From the IMG/VR virus record IMGVR_UViG_3300032038_000007, positions 32,001 through 96,000 of that record: a stretch of 64,000 nt of DNA, one strand, 5' to 3'. The position numbers were made by a program, and so were the translations under genes. The notes below the pieces were generated by a model. It searched no databases. It worked only from the letters and a program-made list of their open reading frames with translations, and was not told the DNA's origin. This DNA is from a virus (lineage: Duplodnaviria; Caudoviricetes). This document shows, in pieces, positions 13,201 to 25,369 of the stretch (position 1 is its first letter; every line of letters starts with the position of its first letter).

Positions 13201-16200
13201 ACACTACTCAAATTGCTACTACTGAATTTGTAATGAGTTAGTTTAAGTATAATGATGCCATGATTTATAAAGGCGTGATTAATGCTAATTCAGATTTACC
13301 GGCTACACATTATCAAGGATGGACGTATAAAGTAGGCACGGCTGGAGAATATGCTGGCATTTAGTGTGAAGTTGGCGATATGATTATATGCAATGCCGAT
13401 GGCACAGCCGCAAATAATGCTCATTGGAATGTTATTTAGACTAATATTGATGGCGCGGTTATAAGTTCTTCTGCTAGTTCTACTGATAATGCAATCGCGC
13501 GATTTGATGGAACAACAGAAAGAATTATTCAAGATAGTAAAATTACAATTGATGACAATGGTAATTTACTTATTTCACATGCGGCTTCTGCTACAATGAC
13601 TGCAGCTTCTACTAATCCTAAAATTACTTTTGCTGAAAATGGCTCACAACCTGTACATTTAATTTATAGTGATTGGGATAGTTATCGTTCCCCAGCTGGT
13701 TTAAAAGTTGTTGGTGGAACAAGTGCATCGCCAGCGTGGTTTGAAGTTGAAGGAAATACTTGGTCAGCAGGATTTAAAATTACTGGCACAACCACTTCAT
13801 TAACAGATAACAGTTTAACCTTCTCGCAAGGCGGCGGCTGGTATATGAACGATGTTTCGTGGATTCGTACAGTAGGCGGTAAATCTGTTTATATGAATAC
13901 AGGTATTTTTAGAAATGATGGCACTACATAGTTAAGACTATTGCAGCATATTAATGCTAATAATACTACTGATGGTGCTTGGCAAACCGGTGCAACTGGT
14001 ACAGACAATAGCGGAGATGGTTATGCTACACAAGGCACGCTTGGCACATCAATATTATCCATCGGCAATGCTATTGCCAGACCGGCTGCTGGTACCGCAG
14101 GCGGTAAAAATAATTCTAAGGGTTATTTGCGTATTTATGGTGAAGGAACAGGTTATGGTGAACTATCATATGACGATTATAGGCTCGTCTCTAATAAATC
14201 TATCTATTTAACCAATACTACAAATGATGGCATTAGCAATGAAATTCGTGGTCTTACTGCCACTAATGATTATTGGCGCATTGCAGGTGGAGCAACAGCA
14301 TCTAATGCAGGATATATGGAAATTGCAACTGCAGATGATAGTAATGAGCCTATATATGTAAGACAGTATAGTGGTACTTTTTCTACTTTAAAACGAACAG
14401 CAACATTATTAGATGCAAGCGGTAATACAGAATTCCCTGTACAAGTTACAGCACCAAAATTTATTGGAGCATTATAGGGAAATGCTGATAGTGCAGATTA
14501 TTTAACCACTATAGATGTTACTAATTCAACAATGAATAGTACTGCCGGCTCTTTTGCCTTTAAAGGTGCTGGTGACCCATGGGCAGGTACCGACTGGGTA
14601 GGATTATAGATAGGTAGCGCTAATGATAAATGGTAGTTAGTAGCTGGCGGTTCTGGTAATAATAGTCTTTAGTTTAGACAAAATGATAACGGTGGTACTA
14701 ATACTACTTGGAAATCTTGGCAGAATATAGCACACGCGGCGACTGGTGCTGCTATTGGCGGTGAAAAGCAACCTGTTTATATGGCAGCGGATGGTACTAT
14801 TACTGCTGGTACAGCTCTAAAAAATTTAGCATATAAAGATTCTCTTACAGCAAATGATATACCAGATATTAGTGGTACTTATTTACTAAAATCTGGCGGA
14901 ACAATGACTGGCGCACTAAATTTTACTGATGGCGAGGATTTGAATATAACTGTAGATCCTAGTACTGGTACCATTTCGGCGTCTAATTATTTAGGTAATT
15001 GGAATGGATGGCTTAATACAGAAGTAGGAGATTGTTTTACATATAAGTACTCTATGACATATACTACCGAAACCGCTCCAATGGAAGACTGGTATTTAAA
15101 AGTTATATTTGAAACTAATTATCCATCTGTACGATCAGCAATAAGACTTAAAGCATTTTATGCTAATATTATCGGTACTGTATATATGTACTGGGATGGA
15201 TATACTACTGATAACTGGTATGCATATAAATCATTTTACAATGGCGGAAATGTTCTTGCATTAAAACATGGAAAAGCTAATAGTCGCCATGAATTATATA
15301 TAAAAATGAAAGCAACCAGAGAATATCCAACTGGTCAATTTGACCTAGGCAAACTTGAAGTTCTCAGCCCATATCGAATAATATCCATTGAACAATTAAG
15401 TACAGAGCCAGACGGCTTAGTGACTCTCAAAGATAACGGCTATACTTTTTATGGAGATAATATAGAATTTAAATCTGCGAATAGCTTCACGTATAGCGGC
15501 ATTGGAGCAGCAGGTGATAATTCCTCTAGGACAATATGGTTCAGTCATAGTAGTGCTAGAGGACGTCCAGTCTATGATGACGACTTTAAATACAACCCAT
15601 CTACTAATGTATTAACAATCGGTACAGGAACATTAAGCGACACCGAGTATAGCGGAAACGCGGCAACTGCTACAACTGCAACAAATGTAGCATGGAGCGG
15701 TATAACAAGCAATCCTATTACTTTTACAAGTGCTGCCTATGGAACAACAGGATGGAAGCAACTTGGAGGACGTTCAGCTAACAAATCTTCTATTGTTGTT
15801 TTTAAGCCAACCGGTACTACTGCTACTTGGGGTACTGCAGCCCATTCTGCAGTTATTGCATGGGGATGCGGTGATACTAAGGGAATGCTTGATGTAGCAT
15901 ATAGTAGTCCTTTAGTTAGTATTGCAGGCGGTAATAATGGTGGCTCAACTGATGGTGCACCTACATGGTATTTTAAACTATCTGCAACATCAGGTCAAAC
16001 TTATACATTCCCAACTACTAGTAAAACGCTTGCCGCGGCAGATGGTTCCAATGCAAGTGGTACTGAATGGGCTATTTCAATTACTGGTTCATCTGCTTCT
16101 TGTACTGGAAACGCAGCAACTGCTACATCATTTGCGGCAGCTCAAAAAGTTTATGTAACTCTTGGAACCGCTTCAACAACAACTACAATTCAAGGCGGTA

Positions 16201-16868
16201 GCGATACCGCTCAGACAATTGGCGTCAATGGCACATTAGCTATCTCCAATGGCGGCACTGGTTTAACTAGCGCTGACCCGCATAAAATTCTTATAGGCCC
16301 TGCTTCTGGTTCGGCCGCGGCTCCTACTTGGCGTGTACTTGCTGCGTCTGACTTACCTATTGCAACAAGTAGTGCGGTCGGTGCAGTATCAGTAAGCACT
16401 GGGCTATCCGTATCAACCGCCGGCGCTTTAACATTAAATATTGCTAAATATAATAGTCTTGGTGGATTAAAACCAGCATACACTAGTACCGGCGCGGCTA
16501 GCGGATTTACAGCGGCTTCAAATAGTAGTACACCTGCGTTGAACGCGCGCACAACAACCACTGGTCGATACTATGCGGTTGAAGCAGATAAAAATGGTGT
16601 ACCTTTTGTAAATGTTAACTGGACTGATACTAATACTTTAGTTAATTATACACTAGGCACTACCACTAAAGCATACTTAATGGCATGCCAATCTGCTCCT
16701 ACTTCTACTACAACCGCTCGCGCCGCACATGGAGACACTGGAGTTTATCTTACTTCAACAGCAGGCGAGCTAAGTTCTGAACGTTATTCATATAATGTAG
16801 GCGGCACGGAAAAAGTTTATACATATTATAATGCCACCGATAAGTCTATTGATTTTGTATTCATCTAA
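10257..16868 (+). CDS. Giant tail fibre protein, about 2,200 aa (TAG=Gln)
   Basis: ORFs 10935, 12063, 12771, 13596, 13941 and 14781 are all in frame with ATG 10257, and each internal one ends in TAG. Contains ASPALTGTPTAPTA…TTQIATTEFV and GNAATAT fibre motifs. The gaps were not checked codon by codon for TAA/TGA. Confidence 0.7.
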
Positions 16869-16880
16869 GGAGGGGTAATT

Positions 16881-19226
16881 ATGTTAAAACTATGGTTACC
16901 CCTTCTTGGGGATTTTAAACAGCAAGGATGCAGTGATATTATACCAGAAATTTTTGGTAATATAGTTTCTGATGATTACGGGAAACTTGGAAAATGTGTT
17001 TCATTTGATGGAACCACTGGTAATTATATTAGAATTCCACCAATGCTTACTGCAAATAGTGAATTTTCTATAGCATTTTGGTGTAAATTTTCTTCTCTCT
17101 CTCACAATCATTGTCTATATAGTCAAAGAACAAGAGTAACTGATACGGGATTTACTATATTTTTATCAACAAATAAAAATATTATGTTTGATGCAGGCGG
17201 ACGTTTAAATGCCGCAAGCGGTTTTGTAACAAATACTTGGTACCATGTATGCTGTTGTCGTGATAGTAATAAAACGTATATTTATATTAATGGCGTTTTA
17301 GCAGCTTCTAGAAATAATGCTACAATAGAATCAACTAATGTAAATGGAAATTATTCTCTAATCGGAGGAAGTGGTAGCAACGCAGCGGGAGCAGCACCAA
17401 GCGACAATTATTTAGAAGGATGCTTAAACGATTATCGTATTTATGATAATTGTTTATCCGCGGCTGAAGTCCATGAATTATCGCAAGGTCTGTTTTTGCA
17501 TTATAAATTAAATGGGCCATTTAATGGAATAGGTACTAATTTATTAGCCAATAGTAATAGGTCATGGACTTGTACAAAAGAAAATACTACAGCGCGTACA
17601 ACTACTTTTTACTTGGTTTCCGATTTTGATGTTTCTACATTAACTAATAAAACTATAACCGTATCATATCTACGCTATAGACCCGCTGGGGATTCTGTTA
17701 GCACAAGTAGCGGCGGCGTAAATAATAGATTCGGGGCTCATTTTAGTGTTACTTGGACGAATGATGAAGGAGAAGCATCTACTACTCGTTATCCAGCTCC
17801 ATTAATATTAAGTGCAGCCACAATTACAGACCCAATTTAGCGAGTGTCTGCTTCATGGACGGCTACCCCACCGGAAGGTTACACAAAATTAAGAAGCTTT
17901 TCAATCGCGTGGCAAATGACTGCTCGTCCTGCTGATAGCAATGATGACGTTTGGGTGATGGGTTATCCAAAGTTAGAAATTGGTAACTATGCAACTGCAT
18001 ATTAGCCAGCAGAGACAGAAGGCAATGTTATTGTTGATAACAGCGGTTATGGAAATCATGGAACTGTAAATGGTGATTTAATATATGCATCAGATAGTAA
18101 AAAATATTCTGCGTAGACTTATATTGGAAATGGCACTGCTCAATCAGTTACTGTTCCTAATATTCCATTTGAAAATTTCTCAGAAGGAACATTAAGTATT
18201 TGGATTAATAGAAAATCTACAAACTCTAATTGGCGGTTGTATACTATATTCTCTAATGGTTATAATTGGACTGGCAAAGGTAACGATTTTATAATCATTG
18301 GAAGTACAGGCGGCTTGGTGGTCACATTAGACTGTTGTAGTAATACGTATGGTTTTGTTCCTAACTTAAATGAATGGAATATGTATACTATTACATGGAA
18401 TTTAGTAACTCATGAAGCTAAAATGTATGTAAATGGAAAATTGAGGGCTACAAAAAATAGTGAACGTATAGATACAACTTATGCGTCTAAGCATAATTTG
18501 CATTATTTTGGTAACAGGAATTTAAGTAATTCTACATATACCGGAGACTATTTACTTTCAGATGCACGAATATATGCAACTGAATTATCTGAACAGGATG
18601 TTATGCAGCTTTATAACACCGCTATGAAAGTAGATAACGTCTACAATGCTCATATAGATGAAATTGTTGAATCTGAATCTCAGACAAAATTACTCTCTAC
18701 AGGCACATTAATGTCGCCCGGATTTGTAGAAAGTGGTATGACTTTTAATGAGACATCAGGTTGGTCATATAATCCAACTGGCGGGTATAATTCTACTACT
18801 GGAGGATAGTCTATTGTAGTAGATTTTTCTCCTTTAGTAGATTTACATGCGGATGTAACAGTCGAAATTGAATGCGATTTAACTTGGTCAAATTTTACTC
18901 CTGTTGAAGGTCAAACTCCAAAGGCTTTCTTCCAAGGAACTAATTAGTCATTAAATGATTCGTGGGTTTGGTCCGGAAATAACTATACACTTCCAGCCTC
19001 TAGCGTAGTTTCATTAATGACCGCCGACTCTTCCGGCACTGTTCATTATAAAGTATAGAAAACAATACCAGCAAGTTGGTTTGATACATATAAAGGTTCT
19101 CATGTATCGTTTAGAGTAGACTATGCCACTGGAACTATTACTTTAAGTAATTATAAAATAACTATCGCAAATTCGTTTAAAATACTCCAAGATTATATTG
19201 GAAGTAATGAATTTATTGAAATATAA
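16881..19226 (+). CDS. LamG/concanavalin-like domain tail protein, two LamG domains (TAG=Gln)
   Basis: FSIAFWCK…WYHVCC…IYINGVL…LNDYRIYDNCLS, and a second copy WNMYTITW..KMYVNG..SDARIYATELS; ends TAA 19224. Confidence 0.8.
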
Positions 19227-19239
19227 GGAGGCTCAACTT

Positions 19240-20985
19240 ATGGCTTTATTAAAAGATACTACAGTCTCCGGGAGCCTCCGGGCAACCGATTCTATTTTTA
19301 CTACTGAATTACAAACATAGATATTAAACGCACCACTAACTTCTAATGGTACAGAGTATGGCCCCGGTACAGACGGCCATATATTACGTTCAAATGGAGT
19401 ATCTTCATACTGGGGAACTGTAGCCGCATCCGAGGTCGGCGCTGTTCAAATAACCGGCGATACAATGACTGGTAATTTAGCCATTGATTCTCTAACCAAT
19501 ACGCCATCGTTAATATTATATCCTGTAACTAAAACTAAGATATATTAGGGACAGTTTGATACGGATGGATCAGAAGGCTCGGTATCTATTGGCGGTTGGA
19601 ATAATTCATCTGGTACGATTAGAAGAAAATTGTTAGTGCAAATGCCAGGCAATAGTATATATGGTGATTCATTAGATCAAGCTATCCGCCTTGGCGTTTC
19701 AGAGAATGGCGGCACGACATGGACAGGTTATCATGTATATCATTCTGGTATGAGTGGCATTGGCATTCAATCTGGTACACAACTTTTTGGTGGAATATTT
19801 TTTGGGACATGCTCAACCGCGGCGGCAACTACACAAAAAGATGTTGTATGCGCTAACTTTCCTAGTTATACTGAAGCGCCGCCTACTGGAATTATGATTA
19901 ATGTATTATTTGATAATGCTAATACGGGCGCCGTGGCCAACTTAACATTAAAAATTAATAATAATACTCCCACATTTCCAATAAAGCAAATTAACAATAG
20001 TAATAATACAGTTACTAATTTGTCTACTGCAAAACAATTAACCGCTGGCGGCATAGTAACATTTGTTTTTACTGGTGAAGTTTGGCAAGTAGTTGGTATA
20101 AATTATGACTCTAATAGCAATACATTATTGAGAACATACCATCTATCTACCGATGTTGAATTACCTCTTGCGGCAATTGGTGGAGTCTCTAATAATACTA
20201 CAGCTAGTGTTCAAACCGTTAACTCTAGTCATTATCACGAGGGTTATGGAATAACAGCAACTACTAACACGCCAACATTAAATCCATCTACTGGAAAAAT
20301 TACTGTTGCCTCACTTACTATAACTAGCAGTAATAACTCCGAATTGAGTTGTACTACAGCAGCGCCTATACATATTAGTTCTGGCCAAACTGCTGCATGG
20401 AATGGTATTATAGGAGCTAAAACAAAAAACGGTTATATAGGAATTTATACTGCCGCGCATAGTACAAACGGTAATGATTAGCTTAGATTTGCTTATTCTA
20501 ATGGCAGCGCTATACAGCATAGAATGACTTGGAACGGCGCGACTGGTGAATTAGTTGCTACAAAATTTACTACCAATAGCTCAAACGACTACGCCGAATA
20601 TAGAGCGCGAATTGACGCTAAACCTGGTACAGTAGTGGTAGATAAAGATAACGGCGAATTGGAAATTTCTTCCAAGCGGCTAATGGCAGGAGCGCAAGTA
20701 ATTTCTGACACATTTGGTTTTAGTATGGGCGGAGCTGATACAGATACTACTCCAGTTGCAGTAGCCGGAAGAGTATTAGCATATCCATACCAACCACGAG
20801 AAAATTATCACGCCGGTATGGCAGTATGTTCTGCGCCAAATGGTACTGTTGATATAATGACGCGTGAAGAAATACGCGATTATCCCGACTGTATTATAGG
20901 AATCGTTAGTGAAATTCCACAATATGAAGAGTGGGGAAATAATAAGATTAGTGTTAATGGTCGTATTTGGATTAAAATAAAATAA
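19240..20985 (+). CDS. Tail spike/fibre with C-terminal intramolecular-chaperone (peptidase G2-like) domain (TAG=Gln)
   Basis: RBS AAGGAGG; ORFs 19630 and 20524 are in frame; C-terminal NDYAEY…PGTVV…VISD…PVAVAGRV. Confidence 0.7.
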
Positions 20986-21053
20986 AAAGACATAAATACA
21001 CTTACATATCTATAGAACAAATGAGTTTAACTCATTTATGAGGAGGGATATAT

Positions 21054-21257
21054 ATGCCGCATGCAATGACACAAAGAGGAAATCAAGATAATATTGTTAC
21101 ATATACTCACTGGTGTGATACTAAGGCAGATATGGAAGATATAGAAGAAAGCACTATTACGTTAGGTACTGTCTGTGTAGTGTTAGAAGATGAAAGTTCC
21201 AATGGTGGCCTAGAATTTTACATAGCTAAATCAGATAAAACCTGGGTTAAAGCATAA
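21054..21257 (+). CDS. Small hypothetical structural protein
   Basis: RBS GAGGAGG; ORF track. Confidence 0.7.
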   Translation: MPHAMTQRGNQDNIVTYTHWCDTKADMEDIEESTITLGTVCVVLEDESSNGGLEFYIAKSDKTWVKA

Positions 21258-21271
21258 GGAGGGAAGATACT

Positions 21272-23320
21272 ATGGCAATAGATATAGTTGACATCCTTCT
21301 TGCTCGCGCAAAATCTTTTACTGGAGAAACAAAAACTCTAGTATAGCAAGCTCAGGCTGCAATGTCTGATGCTAACGATATAGTCGATAGGCTATCTGAA
21401 ATACAATAGGACACGCAAGAAGCTAACGAATCGGCTCAGAATGCGGCGGATCGCGCGCAAGAAGTTGCTAGTGACTTAGAACAAATGCGTAATGACGTTA
21501 CCGCCGCAGCTCAAGAATTAATAGATGACTCTATAACCGCAAGTTTAGTTGATGTAAATTCAGATATTACTGAATTGCAAAATAGTATTACTAATATTAA
21601 TAATACTGTTGTTCCAGAACTACAGGCTCAAATTGCGGCCGCGGCTCAAAGTGGCGGTGACAAGGTTACTATTAGTGATAACAACAGTAATGCCGCAAAA
21701 ATACGTAATGCAGTTATTAATGACTCAAATTCCTATGTAGTAGAAAAGAATTATACTTCTACTGGATTAAATGAAGACGGCTCCATGACACAAAAGGCTA
21801 TTACTAATGCCTTGACCGCAACCAAAAATGAAATTGAAGCGGCTATTGATGCAAAATTAGCTAATATTACTATCAGTGGCGGTGGTGGAACTATTAATCT
21901 TGGTATTGATAATGAAGGGCATTTAGTAGTTATTGGTGTAAACGGACAGCCGATTGCGGCGGCTGTAACAGAAACAGATGTAATTGAATCTCTAATTAAA
22001 TCTGGTTCTTATCATTTAGAAAATACTGTCGGCTTAGAAATGGATTATGAAAATAAGATTTTTACTTCAACTTAGGACAATATGTCTACAGAAGAAATCA
22101 ATAAATTACCAATGTTTGGCGGCAGAAAACGTTGTAATGTTGCAGATGATGGCACTATTACTGCTTTCTACGGCGAATCTAATTATCGCGAGGACGGATC
22201 AAATGGCCAAGTAATGGTATACCAGCCGAAATTCTATTATCGTAGGGTTATTACTAAATCAATTTAGGCAGCTAACGGGCAGGTTTCGAAAAAAGAAAGT
22301 CTAATTATTTCTCCAATAAAACTGACTTCTAGTTTTAAAATTCATCCATTATTTATTAATGAATTAGGGGAAGAAGTTGAATATGTATTGTTGTCTGCTT
22401 ATGAAGGTAGCATTTATAATACTTCGTCTAGTAGTTATGATTTAACTTCTGAAGCAGAAATTAATCTTGAAACAGATAAATTAAGCTCTATTGCAGGCGC
22501 TAAGCCAGTCACTGGTTATACTCATCCTAATTTTACAATGTTAAATGCAGAACATCTTGCAGTTAATAGAGGTACTGGATGGCATATAACTAATCTTGCT
22601 TTTGAAAGCGCTCAACAAATGCTCATGAGCATAGAGTATAGTACTTTAAATGGATAGGCAGCTTTAAAACAAGGAATTGTAAACCTTCCAAGCGCTTCTA
22701 ACGCTAATAATGCTTGCATCACAGGTTCTACATCTGCATTAGGCAATAGCAGTGGTGAAGCCGAGTCTTCAACTGGAAGTATAGACGGAGTACAATAGAC
22801 ATATACAGAAGAAGGTAAACTAGCAATTACTTATAGAGGATTAGAAAATCCATGGGGAAATACTTGGAGATATGTCGGTGGTTCTTTTGCATATGGTACT
22901 GGATTGAATACTGGCGGCAAGCTATATATCAATACTGATTTTAATTATAGTTTGAACGTATCAGCGGCGAATATTTATCATTTAAACTGCACTCTTCCTG
23001 GCGGTTATAACTGGGTTTCTTCTGTCTTTGCTTTTGAAGATTAGGATGACTGGATTTATCTACCTGCAGAATTTTCATCTGCAAATAGTGCCTTACCAAT
23101 TGGAGATGTACTGTGGACAACGCCATATTTAAATGGAACTAATTCATTGCTGGCCGGAGGAGACTGGGATAGTAAATTAGAAGCTGGACTTTACTCTTAC
23201 GCTTGTGATAGAAAGGCTGATACAGTATCTAGTAGTATTAACGCTCGTTTAATGTATATTCCAGTAAAGAACGCTTCATATACTGCAAATATAACAAAAT
23301 GGTAGGCGCTGGGGGTGTAA
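21272..23320 (+). CDS. Tail-associated protein with coiled-coil N-terminus (TAG=Gln)
   Basis: ORFs 21485, 22082 and 22388 are in frame. Motifs DGSNGQVMVYQPKFYY, HPLF, SAYEG and YRGLENPWGNTW. Ends TAA 23318. Confidence 0.75.
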
Positions 23321-23323
23321 TAT

Positions 23324-23581
23324 ATGAAAAATTATGGACTTGTTTATAGCTTTTCTCGCCCGACAGAAGTTGAATTAACCGATACAAAAGTATATGTTGC
23401 TACAAATATTGAAGAATGTATAATTGAAAAAAGCGGGCAGGAACTGAATGGCTTTAAGTATAATTATTATGGCTATACAAAAGACGAATACATTCAGAAA
23501 ATAACTGAAGATAATGCCAACACTGTATCTCAATTAGAAGAAGAATTAAATGCTACTAAGATACTACTGGGGGTGGAGTAA
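23324..23581 (+). CDS. Hypothetical protein, possibly tail-assembly associated
   Basis: ORF track; lies in the tail operon. Confidence 0.65.
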   Translation: MKNYGLVYSFSRPTEVELTDTKVYVATNIEECIIEKSGQELNGFKYNYYGYTKDEYIQKITEDNANTVSQLEEELNATKILLGVE

Positions 23582-23582
23582 A

Positions 23583-23993
23583 ATGACATTAACCGAATTA
23601 GCTCGTAAACTCCGCCCACTGATTGAAAAAGCCGCGCTTTCGTTAGATGATACAGACGCGCTTGAAGCAGTAGAATTATATCCACGTTGGTCAGGAAAAG
23701 GCGTTGATTATATTAAAGATCGACGGGTATCATTTAACAATGTTTTATATAGAGTATTGCAATCGCATACTTCACAAGAAACTTGGATGCCAGATGTAAC
23801 GCCAAGCCTATTTGCAAAGGTATTAATTCCAGATCCAGATGTTATTCCAGATTGGGAATAGCCAGATAGCACCAATCCATATATGAAAGGTGATAAAGTA
23901 AGATTCGATAATAAGATTTATGAATCTGCAATTGATAATAATATTTGGTCACCTACTGCATATCCGGCAGGCTGGATCGAAATACCAGAGTAA
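23583..23993 (+). CDS. Carbohydrate-binding (CBM5/12-like) protein (TAG=Gln)
   Basis: YPRW…LYRVLQSHTSQ..W.P..TPSLF…WE(Q)PDSTNPY.KGDKV…YESAIDNNIWSP..YPAGW; readthrough at 23859. Confidence 0.8.
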
Positions 23994-23998
23994 AATAT

Positions 23999-24027
23999 TT
24001 GACTTTTTTAAAAAATTCTTATATAAT
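23999..24027 (+). promoter_or_regulatory. sigmaA/sigma70-type promoter, first of about 19 copies
   Basis: TTGACT-17 nt-TATAAT. Similar sites at 25315, 25929, 27242, 29992, 30704, 33765, 36026, 38940, 45918, 48049, 48523, 51133, 52680, 53645, 55755, 58549, 58636 and 61168. Confidence 0.85.
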
Positions 24028-24091
24028 ATATATAGTGATGAGGGAAAGGAACCTGAATCACTAAAATAAAAAAATAAGGAGAGGACCTTAT

Positions 24092-24439
24092 ATGAAGTAC
24101 TATAGTGAAAAGACACAGAAGATCTATGACAACATTGAAGATTGTGAAAAGGCAGAGCATGAAGCCTTGGCGAAGGAAGCTGCCGAAAAGGCCAAGCGAG
24201 AAGTAGCCCTGGCGGAACAGAAGGCAAAGCAAGAAAAGCTTGCAGCTGAACGCAAGGAAAAGGCGGCTCACATTGATGAGCTACGTAAAAACATGGTGAA
24301 AGCGCAGCGCGAATACAGCGAAGCCATCACAGATTTTGTGAAGACTTATGGTACCTATCATGCCAGCTTTACGAACAAGGAACCAATTCCTACTCTATTC
24401 GACATCTTTGACGTCCCTAGACTACTGGATTTGCTGTAA
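24092..24439 (+). CDS. Hypothetical coiled-coil protein
   Basis: RBS AAGGAGAGG; no TAG; ends TAA. Confidence 0.8.
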   Translation: MKYYSEKTQKIYDNIEDCEKAEHEALAKEAAEKAKREVALAEQKAKQEKLAAERKEKAAHIDELRKNMVKAQREYSEAITDFVKTYGTYHASFTNKEPIPTLFDIFDVPRLLDLL

Positions 24440-24469
24440 TACATGGGTATCGCTACGGCGATACCTTAC

Positions 24470-24543
24470 GGCCTGATAGCTCAGGTGGATAGAGCAACAG
24501 CCTTCTAAGCTGTAGGTCAAGGGTTCAAATCCCTTTCGGGTCT
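24470..24543 (+). tRNA. tRNA-Arg(UCU)
   Basis: Acceptor GGCCTGA/TCGGGTC; anticodon arm ACAGC-CTTCTAA-GCTGT; T-loop TTCAAAT. Confidence 0.9.
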
Positions 24544-24804
24544 CTTAGCGGTCGTCTGTGACAGCCGTCTGCAGAAAAAGCCACAGACGTATAGTGAGTC
24601 AACGTGAATGACTACCGGTAGTTCTACTATAACGTAGTTAGTCCGGAATAACATAGTAGGCAGTTTCCATATTTGCTGAACAAATATGGAAGTGCGCGGC
24701 AGCTTTTGAGAATGAGCCGTCTGGTTATGCGAAATAACTCGATTTGAGGAGCGTCGAATAGCTTCTTAGCCATGCTATACGAGGGTTATGGCATGGCTTT
24801 ACAT

Positions 24805-24894
24805 TGGGGCGTAGTTCAATGGCAGAACACCGGTCTCTAAAACCGTTATATCCCTCTGAAGGAGGTGGTCTGGGTTCGAGTCCCAGCGCCCTAG
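24805..24894 (+). tRNA. Amber suppressor tRNA(CUA), tRNA-Trp-like body with long variable arm, likely charged with Gln
   Basis: TGGGGCG TA GTTC-AATGGCA-GAAC A CCGGT-CTCTAAA-ACCGT, 23-nt variable region, CTGGG-TTCGAGT-CCCAG CGCCCTA G; anticodon CTA at 24837-24839. Confidence 0.88.
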
Positions 24895-24943
24895 CTTACT
24901 CTATTAAAATAAAAATAATATGGAGCGTTTATCGCTCCACTAC

Positions 24944-25016
24944 GCTCCTGTAGCTCAGTTGGTAGAGCATTTGACTTTTAATCAAAGCGTCGGCGGTTCG
25001 ATTCCGCCCAGGGGCA
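24944..25016 (+). tRNA. tRNA-Lys(UUU)
   Basis: Anticodon arm TTTGA-CTTTTAA-TCAAA; canonical D and T arms. Confidence 0.92.
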
Positions 25017-25060
25017 CTTTTTATATCTCTTACAATTAATTAGAATAGGAGGTATGATAA

Positions 25061-25318
25061 ATGCGCCCGTTAGCAGAGAAACGACACAACGACTTCAAGA
25101 AAGCAATTCGGAAGAGGAACATTGACCGCGAAGTAAGACAATTTACAGACAAAGATTGGTATGATAATCTGCACCAATATAGTAAAAACAAAATTCATTG
25201 TTCTTGTCCACTATGTTGCGCTAAAACCGACCGTAATGCCAAGGAAGGAAATCCGATTCCTGACCGCCGCAAGATAGATGCAATGGATGAACAGGAAAAA
25301 GAACTTGAAGAAATTTGA
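25061..25318 (+). CDS. Hypothetical protein (KNKIHCSCPLC motif)
   Basis: RBS AGGAGG; ORF track. Confidence 0.75.
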   Translation: MRPLAEKRHNDFKKAIRKRNIDREVRQFTDKDWYDNLHQYSKNKIHCSCPLCCAKTDRNAKEGNPIPDRRKIDAMDEQEKELEEI

Positions 25319-25369
25319 CTTAAATCAATTTTCTTGCTATAATATACTTGTAAGAAAGGGGAGAGGAAA

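Noticed and set aside
1502-23861. Tail region as a field of pseudogenes
   Set aside because: The interruptions are in-frame TAG codons at Gln-type positions, with no frameshifts seen, and a CUA tRNA is present.
24805-24894. Suppressor as tRNA-Pyl or tRNA-Sec
   Set aside because: tRNA-Pyl has a very short variable loop and tRNA-Sec reads UGA; the protein evidence points to Gln at TAG.
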